Below the pieces are notes generated by a model. That model saw only the letters and a program-made list of their open reading frames with translations. It had not been told where the DNA came from and made no database searches. Source: an uncultured Candidatus Saccharibacteria bacterium (GTDB taxonomy: Bacteria > Patescibacteriota > JABMPQ01 > JAQVVF01). Taken from it: 64,000 nt of DNA. Positions 17,117 through 26,381 of this stretch are shown here, piece after piece (within the stretch, counting starts at the first letter, position 1; each line of letters opens with the position of its first letter). The position numbers and the translations under genes are program-made. The stretch spans positions 329,852 to 393,851 of the forward strand of contig CAZNOH010000001.1 of the NCBI GenBank assembly GCA_964574655.1, written 5' to 3'.

Positions 17117-19960
17117 ATGGCATTTAATTTTTTAAAAAAAATATTTGGTGATCCAAATAAGCGAGTTTTAGATCAGCTCGCTCCTTTGGTTGAAAAAATA
17201 AATTCATTAGAGCTGGAAATAAAGAAACTATCGGCTGATGAATTAAAATCTAAAACTCAAGAATTAAAATCGGAATTAAAAAATGGCAAGACTCTAGATG
17301 ATATTTTGCCGAAAGCTTTTGCATTGGTTCGTGAAGCTTCAAAAAGAACAACAAAGATGCGACATTTTGATGTTCAGCTTTTGGGTGGAATAGTTCTTCA
17401 TCAAGGAAAGATTTCGGAAATGAAAACTGGTGAAGGAAAAACATTAGTTGCGACATTGCCATTATATCTTAATGCTTTGTTAGGCAAGGGCGCGCATTTA
17501 GTAACTGTAAATGATTATTTGGCAAGACGTGATACTGTTTGGATGGGACAGATATATAATGCATTAGGGTTAAGTGTTGGCTGTATTCAGCATGAGCAGG
17601 CATTTGTTTATGATCCTAGTTTGAAAAATCCTAAATCCCAAATCCTAAATCCTAAACAAATTACAAATAACAAATTACAAAATTCTAATGACGACGAAAC
17701 TGCTGGCGAACTTGATGAAGAGCGGGATGAGATGGGAAGTTTTAAGGTTTTTCATGAATTTTTACGGCCAGTTACTCGTAAAGAAGCATATTCGGCTGAT
17801 ATCACTTATGGAACAAACAATGAATATGGTTTTGATTATTTGAAAGATAATATGGTTGCAGAATTGTCTGAAAAAGTGCAAAGAGATTTTAATTTTGCGA
17901 TTGTTGATGAAGTTGATTCTATTTTGATTGATGAAGCGAGGACTCCTTTAATTATTTCTGCACCGGCTGAAGAGGCAGTTGATTTGTATAATCAATTTGC
18001 TAGATTAATTCCAAAATTAGAAGAAAACAAAGATTATAATATTGATGAAAAAATGCGGGCAGCAACTTTGACAGATGCTGGAATTGCAAAATTGGAAAAG
18101 ATGTTGGGTTTAAAAAATATTTATGAGGAAAAGGGCATTGAGGTTGTACATCATATAGAACAAGCTTTGAAAGCTCATACTCTGTTCAAAAGGGATAAAG
18201 ATTATGTTGTTAAAAATAATGAAGTAATGATTGTTGATGAATTTACTGGAAGATTAATGCCAGGCAGACGTTTTTCAGAAGGTCTGCATCAAGCATTGGA
18301 AGCAAAAGAAAATGTGGCGATTCAAAGAGAATCAAGGACATTGGCAACGATTACTTTCCAAAATTATTTTAGGATTTATAAAAAATTAGCTGGCATGACT
18401 GGAACAGCGGCAACGTCAGCTGAAGAATTTTCGAAAGTTTATAAATTAGATGTTGTTATAATTCCTACAAACAAACCGTTGGTCCGTAAAAATTTGAATG
18501 ATTTGGTTTATAAAAATGAATTAGGAAAATATATTGCAGTTGTTAAAGATGTGAAAGAGAGGAATAAATTAGGCCAGCCAGTTTTGATTGGCACTATATC
18601 GATTGAAAAAAATGAAAGACTGGGTCAGATGCTAGAAGATGAAGGAATAAAATGCAATGTTTTGAATGCTAAGAACCATGAAAAAGAAGGAGAAATAATT
18701 GCTCAAACTGGAAAAATGGGAGCTGTGACTGTTGCTACAAATATGGCAGGTCGTGGTGTAGATATTATTTTAGGCGGAGTGCCTTTGAATAAAGAAGAAG
18801 CCAAAAAAGTTTGCGATTTAGGAGGTCTTCATGTGATTGGAACAGAAAGGCATGAAGCACGAAGAATTGACAATCAGCTAAGAGGACGCGCCGGACGTCA
18901 AGGCGATCCTGGTTCTTCGCAATTTTTTGTTTCCATGGAAGATGACTTGATGAGAATATTTGGTTCAGACAGAATGAAAGGAATGATGGATACTTTGAAA
19001 TTGCCAGATGATCAGCCAATTGAACATGGATTGATTTCAAGATCAATTGAAGCAGCACAAAGCAAAGTTGAAGGTAATAATTATGATATTAGAAAGCATG
19101 TTTTGGAATATGATGATGTAATGAATAAACATCGCGAAGTTATTTATAAAAAGCGTAATAATGTTTTATTGGCATGGGAGCGTGAAAAATTAAAAGCTAC
19201 AAATTCTAAATCTCAAATCTTGCCTACTGGTAGGCAAGTAGATGACAAATTACAAAATACGAATTCGAAACAACTGACAACTAAAGAAATAGTTTTACAA
19301 TATGTTGAAGATGAGATTGATCAGGTTGTAACTAATCATACTGGAGCAGAAGAAGTAGAAAATTGGAATTGTGAAGAAATTTATGAATCGATTAATTCTA
19401 TTTTTTCAGTTTCAAGCGAGATCCATATTGAATTAAAAAATTTAGCTAAGAAAGCTGGAAATGAAAAAAATGGCGCGGAAGCGAGGACAATAATTATAAA
19501 TTATCTTCTAGGCTTGATGAAGAAGGCTTACGATGTTAAAGAAAAAGAAAATGGATATGAAGGAATGCGACAGATTGAAAGAGCAGTATTGCTTCGAACT
19601 ATTGATTCTTTGTGGATGGATCATCTTGATGCTATGGAGTATATGAGAGAGGGAATTGGTTTAAGAGGTTTTGGTCAAAAGGATCCATTAGTTGAATATA
19701 AAAAAGAAGCATTTGGAATGTTTGGCGCTTTATTGGCAGAAATTCAAAATCGAGTTGTTTACACAATTTTTAAAGTTGGTATTGTTACACAGCAAGTATC
19801 TCCGATGCAAAAAGCAAAACAGCAAATGCAAACTTCTGGAGCAGAAAAAGGCGAAGATTCTAAAATTTTGCCGGAACGGGTTGATGAGATAGGTAGAAAT
19901 GAGCCGTGTCCTTGCGGTTCAAAAAGAAAATATAAGAAATGTTGTGGTAAAGATAAATAA
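17117..19960 (+). CDS. secA: preprotein translocase ATPase SecA, with two in-frame repeat-derived insertions
   Basis: DEAD motor motifs, C-terminal Zn finger CPCGSKRKYKKCCG; insertions at 17625..17700 and 19193..19285. Confidence 0.9.
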   Translation: MAFNFLKKIFGDPNKRVLDQLAPLVEKINSLELEIKKLSADELKSKTQELKSELKNGKTLDDILPKAFALVREASKRTTKMRHFDVQLLGGIVLHQGKISEMKTGEGKTLVATLPLYLNALLGKGAHLVTVNDYLARRDTVWMGQIYNALGLSVGCIQHEQAFVYDPSLKNPKSQILNPKQITNNKLQNSNDDETAGELDEERDEMGSFKVFHEFLRPVTRKEAYSADITYGTNNEYGFDYLKDNMVAELSEKVQRDFNFAIVDEVDSILIDEARTPLIISAPAEEAVDLYNQFARLIPKLEENKDYNIDEKMRAATLTDAGIAKLEKMLGLKNIYEEKGIEVVHHIEQALKAHTLFKRDKDYVVKNNEVMIVDEFTGRLMPGRRFSEGLHQALEAKENVAIQRESRTLATITFQNYFRIYKKLAGMTGTAATSAEEFSKVYKLDVVIIPTNKPLVRKNLNDLVYKNELGKYIAVVKDVKERNKLGQPVLIGTISIEKNERLGQMLEDEGIKCNVLNAKNHEKEGEIIAQTGKMGAVTVATNMAGRGVDIILGGVPLNKEEAKKVCDLGGLHVIGTERHEARRIDNQLRGRAGRQGDPGSSQFFVSMEDDLMRIFGSDRMKGMMDTLKLPDDQPIEHGLISRSIEAAQSKVEGNNYDIRKHVLEYDDVMNKHREVIYKKRNNVLLAWEREKLKATNSKSQILPTGRQVDDKLQNTNSKQLTTKEIVLQYVEDEIDQVVTNHTGAEEVENWNCEEIYESINSIFSVSSEIHIELKNLAKKAGNEKNGAEARTIIINYLLGLMKKAYDVKEKENGYEGMRQIERAVLLRTIDSLWMDHLDAMEYMREGIGLRGFGQKDPLVEYKKEAFGMFGALLAEIQNRVVYTIFKVGIVTQQVSPMQKAKQQMQTSGAEKGEDSKILPERVDEIGRNEPCPCGSKRKYKKCCGKDK
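17625..17700. repeat. in-frame tandem-repeat insertion in secA (AAATCCTA/AAATCCCA x4 then ACAAATTACAAATAACAAATTACAAAAT)
   Basis: Units match intergenic repeat at 8625..8700; encodes NPKSQILNPKQITNNKLQNS. Confidence 0.55.
19193..19285. repeat. second in-frame repeat insertion in secA containing perfect palindrome CTTGCCTACTGGTAGGCAAG flanked by ACAAATTCTAAATCTCAAATC and ACAAATTACAAAAT
   Basis: Shares ACAAATTACAAAAT with first insertion and the 8690 intergenic copy. Confidence 0.55.
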
Positions 19961-19964
19961 GGTT

Positions 19965-20504
19965 ATGAAAAGTAAAATTAAGAAATGGAAGGTATTATCA
20001 AGAAAAGCAGTATTTGAAAAATATGGTAGAAAGATTGAAAAGGTTGTTTTTCGATTGTCTAATGGCAAAGATAGCGATTTTTATATATTGAATATAGAGA
20101 AGCCCATAGTCTGCATTCTCGCCTTAACAAAAAGAAAACAAATAGTTTTGGTAAAACAGTTTCGACCCGGACCAAATCAAATTTTAATGGAAATGCCTGG
20201 AGGTTATGGCAATAAGAATGAAGAACAAATTAAAACTGCGGAAAGAGAGCTTCTCGAAGAGACTGGATATAAAGGTAAATTAAAATTGGTTGCAAAATGC
20301 ATTGATGATGGTTATACAACGATTGATCGTTTTTGTTATGTTGCAACAGATTGTGAAAAAGTTTCCGATCAAAAATTAGATGAGTCAGAATTTGCAGAAG
20401 TAAATTTGCTTTCAATTAATAATTTTAGAAAATTGTTAAGAAGTGGCAGGATGACTGACGTGGAAGTTGGCTATTTGTGTTTAGATTATTTAGGATTGTT
20501 ATAA
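19965..20504 (+). CDS. NUDIX hydrolase (ADP-ribose pyrophosphatase-like)
   Basis: Nudix box GGYGNKNEEQIKTAERELLEETGY. Confidence 0.65.
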   Translation: MKSKIKKWKVLSRKAVFEKYGRKIEKVVFRLSNGKDSDFYILNIEKPIVCILALTKRKQIVLVKQFRPGPNQILMEMPGGYGNKNEEQIKTAERELLEETGYKGKLKLVAKCIDDGYTTIDRFCYVATDCEKVSDQKLDESEFAEVNLLSINNFRKLLRSGRMTDVEVGYLCLDYLGLL

Positions 20505-20516
20505 ATAAAAATAAAA

Positions 20517-20538
20517 AAACGAACATGGAAGTTCGTTT
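20517..20538. terminator. bidirectional rho-independent terminator AAACGAACATGGAAGTTCGTTT flanked by A/T runs
   Basis: 7-bp stem, A-run upstream and T-run on the minus strand; near-identical copy at 20946..20967. Confidence 0.55.
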
Positions 20539-20544
20539 AGAGGG

Positions 20545-20853
20545 CTAGATGGATAGGATACGGCAAGATGAAATGAATTGAGTGGAGTATACTGTTTGAA
20601 CATGTGGATTTTTGATTTCAATTTTGTTACAGAAATTGCTGAGAAGTAGAGCATTAGTTATGTTTTCAATTTCTTTACGAAGTCTTGGACCCGTTTCAGA
20701 TTCGGAATCAGCGATGATAGTGAGTTCTTCTCTTAGTAAACTTTGCGATATAGGTGAAATGTTAATGATTCGTTCGGCGATTTCTTTGGCGACTAGCCAT
20801 TTTTGCCAATCTGGCATATCAGCAGTAACTACGAAAAGTTTTCTTTCCGTCAT
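20545..20853 (-). CDS. hypothetical protein, tandem paralog A
   Basis: Strong SD GGAGG; N-terminus FVVTADMPDWQKWLVAKEIAERI similar to paralog B. Confidence 0.45.
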   Translation of the reverse strand: MTERKLFVVTADMPDWQKWLVAKEIAERIINISPISQSLLREELTIIADSESETGPRLRKEIENITNALLLSNFCNKIEIKNPHVQTVYSTQFISSCRILSI

Positions 20854-20965
20854 TTTCTTTTGACCTCCTTGCTTAGTCCTCTTTTTCGAGGAAGGTGCGA
20901 TGTTTTATATTATGCTTTTTAAAATAAAAAATCAAGAGAATAAAAAAAACGAACGTGGAAGTTCG

Positions 20966-21376
20966 TTATAGAGCGACGTGCTGGGTGAGTCTGATTTGAA
21001 ATGAACGCATGTATTTGTGTTGGTGTTCCAGAAAAGGATTTGGTGTAGTAGAAGAATTTTCGGATAATTCAAAACGGTATTTGTACCCAAGAGAATTGAG
21101 GTAGGCGAGAAATCTGAGCTTATCGTCAAATTCTTTATTGGATTGAGATTTGGTGACGAAGTGAATCGTTCCATAAATTGATGAAGATAACCCAAATATT
21201 TCTAGCAGCTTGTCTTCTGTCTCTTGATCTGAATATATGCAATTTATTGCGAGATTTTGGAAAAGATCTCCGACTTGAAGCCTTACATGATCTAAAATTC
21301 TGGCGGCTACGTTCCAGAGTTCCCATTCGGGAGTTTCATCATGGATAACGAAATTGTCTTGTTGTCTCATCGTATT
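20966..21376 (-). CDS. hypothetical protein, tandem paralog B
   Basis: Strong SD GGAGGAG; FVIHDETPEWELWNVAARILDHV; own copy of the shared terminator at 20946..20967. Confidence 0.45.
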   Translation of the reverse strand, partial: NTMRQQDNFVIHDETPEWELWNVAARILDHVRLQVGDLFQNLAINCIYSDQETEDKLLEIFGLSSSIYGTIHFVTKSQSNKEFDDKLRFLAYLNSLGYKYRFELSENSSTTPNPFLEHQHKYMRSFQIRLTQHVAL

Positions 21377-21455
21377 TCTCCTCCTGGTTGTCTCCCAGTT
21401 TCTAGGAAGGTACACTAAATATTTTGATTTAATATAATAACAAAAATCAAAATTT

Positions 21456-23174
21456 ATGTCAAGATTTAATCGGATATTGCGGATATTAGATATTCGGATA
21501 TTAGGATATTTGATTTTGGTTGTGCCGATTTTTTTTGGTTTTCGGGTTTTGAGTGTATATGCATCTGACTATATTCAGCCGGAGATCAAAGTTTACAGCG
21601 AGGCTGGCGATAAGATCGAGGCTGATTTTTTAGCTTTTGACAAGAATTTTAAAGGCGGAGCTTATCCAGCAATTGGAGATATCAATAATGATGGAAAGGA
21701 TGAAATTGTTATTGGCGCAGGATATAGTGGCGGGCCACAAGTTAGGATTTTTGATAAAAAAGGAAATTCAATTGGCATTAATTTTTTTGCTTTTGAAAAA
21801 GAATACACATCTGGTGTTAATGTTGCAGTTTGTAATTTGGATAACAAAAAAAGAAATGAGATTGTAGTTGGCAAGGCATTGCAAGATAAAAGCGAGATTA
21901 GAATTTATAGAATAACTAAAAAAAATAAAGCTAAATTTTTAAGCAAGACTATTGTTTATGACGAAAGTTTTGAAGGCGGAGTAAATATTGCTTGCAGTGA
22001 TTTAAATGATGATAAAAAAGATGAAATTATAACAGGACCTGGACCGACAGGGCGTAGTCATATCAGAACTTTTAAATATAAATCAGCTAAGAAAGAGATT
22101 GTGAATTTCGGTTTATCATTTTTTGCTTTTAACGATGATTTTATGGGAGGAGCAACAGTAAGTGCTTATAATAGCAAAATAATTGTAGGACAGGCCACAA
22201 AAGGTGGATTGGCTTATGTTTATGAAGTGAATCGTAAAGATGTGAAGAAGTTTGCTAAGCTAGGTACTTTGGATAAAATGACGCCAAAATTAGTTAGGAA
22301 GATTTTAGCATTTAAAAATTTTTCAGGAGGCGTTAATGTTGCTATTGGAAAATTGGATTTAGGAAAATCTAAGATTTTAATTTCTCCAGTTTCAAGCGGT
22401 GGCCCAACGGTTGAAATATTTAATTTAAATGGTAAATTATTAAAGAATTTCAGTGTATATTCTGGTGATTTTAAGGGGGGAGTTAGAATCGCGAATTCAC
22501 ACAAATCTGTCACAAATAGCACAAATAATAATAAAACTGATTTTAATTTTGTTGTAGCGCCTGGTTTTAAATTGGGAATTAAATGTGAAAGGAATTGTGT
22601 GGCTTTAACTCTTGATGATGGTTATACTTCTGCTAGTGGATCGTTTGATCGAATTTTAGATACCTTGAAAGCTAAAAAAGTGCATGCTACTTTTTTTATG
22701 TTGGGAGTAGTAATGAAGGGCTATCCTGATCGAATGTTGCGACTTGATAGAGAGGGTCATCAGTTAGCAAATCATAGCTATTCTCATGGCAGTTTTACAT
22801 TGATGTCAACTTCGCAAATAGTAGAGGAAATAACTTATACTGATCAGATTGCTAAAAGTATTACTGGCAAAGAGACTAAGCCATATTTTCGTTATCCTGG
22901 TGGCAGTCATAATTCTTCAACTGATGCAATTGTGAAAAATTTAGGCTATAAATATTTTGGTTGGACTGCTTCGGCTGGCGATACAGGATCTGGTGTTACA
23001 GTACAATCTGCGACTTGGGGAATGCTGTGGAATTTGCATGATGGCTCGATTATTTTGGCTCATACGATGAAAGATCAGACAGCAGGTGCATTGCCTACTG
23101 TTATTGATGCAATAAGAAATGCTGGATATACTTTGGCAACACTTGATGAAATGAGTAGTTATTGGGGAACGTAA
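21456..23174 (+). CDS. secreted FG-GAP repeat protein with C-terminal polysaccharide deacetylase (NodB/CE4) domain; true start probably ~21510-21522
   Basis: FG-GAP units (GDINNDGKDEIVIGAGYSGGPQVRIF...); CE4 motifs TLDDGY, NHSYSHG; 5' end of ORF overlaps GATATT array. Confidence 0.6.
   Translation: MSRFNRILRILDIRILGYLILVVPIFFGFRVLSVYASDYIQPEIKVYSEAGDKIEADFLAFDKNFKGGAYPAIGDINNDGKDEIVIGAGYSGGPQVRIFDKKGNSIGINFFAFEKEYTSGVNVAVCNLDNKKRNEIVVGKALQDKSEIRIYRITKKNKAKFLSKTIVYDESFEGGVNIACSDLNDDKKDEIITGPGPTGRSHIRTFKYKSAKKEIVNFGLSFFAFNDDFMGGATVSAYNSKIIVGQATKGGLAYVYEVNRKDVKKFAKLGTLDKMTPKLVRKILAFKNFSGGVNVAIGKLDLGKSKILISPVSSGGPTVEIFNLNGKLLKNFSVYSGDFKGGVRIANSHKSVTNSTNNNKTDFNFVVAPGFKLGIKCERNCVALTLDDGYTSASGSFDRILDTLKAKKVHATFFMLGVVMKGYPDRMLRLDREGHQLANHSYSHGSFTLMSTSQIVEEITYTDQIAKSITGKETKPYFRYPGGSHNSSTDAIVKNLGYKYFGWTASAGDTGSGVTVQSATWGMLWNLHDGSIILAHTMKDQTAGALPTVIDAIRNAGYTLATLDEMSSYWGT
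21466..21515 (+). promoter_or_regulatory. GATATT tandem array CGGATATTGCGGATATTAGATATTCGGATATTAGGATATTTGAT (9-nt period)
   Basis: Five units read directly. Confidence 0.35.
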
Positions 23175-23345
23175 TTAAATAACAAAATAACGAAATTATA
23201 AATAACTAAATTGCTGGCTTGAATATTGGATATTTTTGTGCTATTATGATGTTGTAAGAAGACGTAATAGTTCTATTGTTACATTGTTACATTGCTAACT
23301 TTTTTTGCTTAGTAATTAAACAATTTAATAATTATAATTATAACT

Positions 23346-24749
23346 ATGAAAAAAGGAGCTTGGTTATTTGCGTTAACGTTAATTTTTGGTTGCGGTTTTT
23401 TAGTTTCTAACGTTTCTGCTGATGTTACTTCTCCGGAGGTTAAAGTATATAAAGGCAAAGGTCAGATTAGCAAAACTTTTTTTGCTTTTGAACAAGCATT
23501 TCAAGGCGGAGGCTTTATTGCTACTGGCGATGTTGATAACGATGGTTTAGATGAGATTGTCATTGGTGTTGGACCAGGCGGAGGTCCTAGGGTAAAGGTT
23601 TTCAAAAAGAATGGCAAGTGTATTCTTGATTTTATGGCTTTTGAATCAACTTTCAGAGGTGGTGTTGATGTTGCTGTGGGCAATGTTGATGGTAAGGGAA
23701 GGGCAGAAATCATTGTAACAAAGGCAACTTCAGGTCAGGCTTGGGTTAAAGTATTCAGAGGTAAAAAACAAATTAGTAATTTTTTAGCTTTAACTCCTTT
23801 GCATACTGGTGGAGCTTCTGTTTCTTCAGGTGATGTTAATGGTGATAAAAAAGATGAGATTGTCGTTGGTTCTGGATTGGGATCAAAAGCTCATGTTAAA
23901 GTGTTTAGTGGCAAGGGCAGAGAATCAGACAAAATTTTTTGGCCTTTTGAAGATTCATATAAAGGCGGAGTTGATGTTGCTGTCGGAAATTTTGATGGAG
24001 GCAAAGAAGAGGAAATTGTAATTTCAAAAGCTAGATTTTCTAATGCTAGATTAAAAGTTTATAAATTTGATAAGGAAAAAACTATTTTAGGCCAATTTGA
24101 TGCTTATCCAGCTTCTCATCAAGAAGGTGCAAATGTTGATGCAGGCGATATTGATAATGACGGGATAGACGAAATTATTACTGGTGCGAATGGTCAGACT
24201 TCAGAAGTAAGGGCTTTTAAAGTAAATGGCAGACAGCTGAAAACTAGTTTGAAGCCTTATGGCAATTATATTAGCGGAGGAACAAGAGTAGCTGTTGGAA
24301 AATTTTTTAAAGGTGTAAAATCAGAAAGAATTACAACAATACCTGGAAAAAAATATTATCAAGGCAGAAATGAATATCGTTATATTGAAATAAGCTTAGC
24401 TAATCAAAGATTATATGTTTATGAGCAGGGCAGAGTAATAAATGAAATGTTGATTTCATCTGGTATTGCTAGATATCCAACGCCAACTGGTGATTTTTAT
24501 ATTCTAGCTAAGATATCGTCAACTCGAATGAAGTATGAATATGGGCCTGATAATCCGGATAATTATGATATTCCTAATGTACCTTATGCAATGCCTTTTG
24601 ATGGACCGTATACAATACATGGCGCTTTTTGGCATAATAATTTTGGAACTCCAATGTCGCATGGTTGCGTTAATTTGTCAGTGCCAAATTCTAAATGGCT
24701 TTTTGAATGGGCAAATTTAGGAGATAGTGTACATGTTACACCATGGTGA
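23346..24749 (+). CDS. secreted FG-GAP repeat protein with C-terminal L,D-transpeptidase (YkuD) domain
   Basis: Signal peptide; FG-GAP units; Ldt catalytic region YTIHGAFWHNNFGTPMSHGCVNL. Confidence 0.65.
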   Translation: MKKGAWLFALTLIFGCGFLVSNVSADVTSPEVKVYKGKGQISKTFFAFEQAFQGGGFIATGDVDNDGLDEIVIGVGPGGGPRVKVFKKNGKCILDFMAFESTFRGGVDVAVGNVDGKGRAEIIVTKATSGQAWVKVFRGKKQISNFLALTPLHTGGASVSSGDVNGDKKDEIVVGSGLGSKAHVKVFSGKGRESDKIFWPFEDSYKGGVDVAVGNFDGGKEEEIVISKARFSNARLKVYKFDKEKTILGQFDAYPASHQEGANVDAGDIDNDGIDEIITGANGQTSEVRAFKVNGRQLKTSLKPYGNYISGGTRVAVGKFFKGVKSERITTIPGKKYYQGRNEYRYIEISLANQRLYVYEQGRVINEMLISSGIARYPTPTGDFYILAKISSTRMKYEYGPDNPDNYDIPNVPYAMPFDGPYTIHGAFWHNNFGTPMSHGCVNLSVPNSKWLFEWANLGDSVHVTPW

Positions 24750-24780
24750 ATTATAAATAACTAAATAACAAAATAACAAA

Positions 24781-26334
24781 ATGTCCATAAGGAAAAAGGT
24801 CTGGTTATCATTTTTAGGTATAATTGTTTTGGCTGTTTTGGCTGGCATTGTAGATTGGCCAAAGGGTCCAAATATTGATTTCACAATTAATGGCAAGAAA
24901 ATTTTCAGAGAGCTCAAAGTTCATTTAGGTTTAGATTTGCAAGGTGGGACGCAATTGGTTTATCAAGCTGATCTGAAAAATGTTGAAAAGAGCGAATATG
25001 AAAATGCGATGTCAGGAGTACGCGATGTTATTGAAAGAAGAGTTAACGGCTTAGGTGTTTCAGAGCCTGTTGTCCAGACAAACAAAGTTGATAACAACTG
25101 GAGAGTTCTTGTTGAACTACCAGGCGTTACAGATATCAATGAGGCAGTTAAGTCTATCGGCGAGACTCCGTCTTTGGATTTCAGAGAGTTGCCAAAAAGT
25201 GAAGCTCCAGCTACTGAGCCGAAAACAGGTAGCGCTGATTTAATTGTTCAAGCTAATGACAAGACAAAAGCTGTAAAAGTAAATGAGCCAACAGCAGTGC
25301 AAAATAAAGGAACAACAAGCCAAGAAGTTATTGATACAAAAGGATTGAAGGTTGTTGGCGAAGGAAATGATGCAAAGGTTGTTGATAAAGATGGTAAGGA
25401 AATTGATATCAATACTTTGACTGAACAACTAAAACAACAAGAGTCTGGTTTGGATTCAGGAAGCTGGATAATGACAAAGTTGACTGGTCAAAATTTAAAA
25501 AAGTCACAATTACAATTTGATCCGCAAACTAATCAGCCTGTTATAGCACTAGAATTTGATAATGAAGGAAAAAAGTTATTTGCTGATATAACGGAACGAA
25601 ATATCGGCAAGCCATTAGCAATATTTTTGGATGGTCAATTAATTTCCGATCCTGTTGTTAATGAGAGAATAGGCGAGGGACAAGCAATTATTTCAGGTAA
25701 ATTTACAGTAGACGAAGCAAAACAATTAGCAATCAGGTTAAATGCTGGCGCATTGCCGGTGCCTGTTGCTTTGGTTTCTCAAACTAATATTGGTCCATCA
25801 ATTGGCAAAATTGCTATAGAAAAAAGTTTTATTGCTGGTTTATTTGGCTTGCTATTGGTTGGAATATTTATGGTTGCTATGTATCGTTTGCCTGGATTAA
25901 TTTCAGTCATAGCTTTGTTTATTTATGCGTTATTATCTTTAGCTATATTTAAGTTTATTCCTGTGACAATGACATTGGCAGGTGTTGCTGGTTTCATAAT
26001 GTCTATTGGCATGGCGGTTGATGCCAATGTTTTGATTTTTGAGAGAATGAAAGAAGAGCTGTATTCTGGAAAAAGTTTAAGCGTTGCTTTGGATGACGGA
26101 TTCAAACATGCTTGGTTGTCAATTAGAGATTCACATGTTTCAACCTTGATTACATGTTTTATTTTAGCTTGGTTTGGAACATCAATGATTAAAGGCTTTG
26201 CTATTACGCTTGGAATAGGAATTTTATTAAGTTTATTTTCGGCTTTGACTGTTACTAGAACTTTTCTAAGATTAGTTTTAATGATAAAAGGTTTAAAAAA
26301 CAGATTATGGTTATTTAGCATTAGGAAGTCATAA
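24781..26334 (+). CDS. secD: protein translocase subunit SecD
   Basis: LGLDLQGGTQLVYQADL, six C-terminal TM helices. Confidence 0.85.
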   Translation: MSIRKKVWLSFLGIIVLAVLAGIVDWPKGPNIDFTINGKKIFRELKVHLGLDLQGGTQLVYQADLKNVEKSEYENAMSGVRDVIERRVNGLGVSEPVVQTNKVDNNWRVLVELPGVTDINEAVKSIGETPSLDFRELPKSEAPATEPKTGSADLIVQANDKTKAVKVNEPTAVQNKGTTSQEVIDTKGLKVVGEGNDAKVVDKDGKEIDINTLTEQLKQQESGLDSGSWIMTKLTGQNLKKSQLQFDPQTNQPVIALEFDNEGKKLFADITERNIGKPLAIFLDGQLISDPVVNERIGEGQAIISGKFTVDEAKQLAIRLNAGALPVPVALVSQTNIGPSIGKIAIEKSFIAGLFGLLLVGIFMVAMYRLPGLISVIALFIYALLSLAIFKFIPVTMTLAGVAGFIMSIGMAVDANVLIFERMKEELYSGKSLSVALDDGFKHAWLSIRDSHVSTLITCFILAWFGTSMIKGFAITLGIGILLSLFSALTVTRTFLRLVLMIKGLKNRLWLFSIRKS

Positions 26335-26381
26335 GGCTATTTAAAGGGCAGTAAGATAATTAAACTAATAAACTAAATATA

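Noticed and set aside
19899-19964. Upstream extension of the NUDIX ORF overlapping the secA 3' end
   Set aside because: ATG at 19965 gives the expected N-terminus just after the secA stop.
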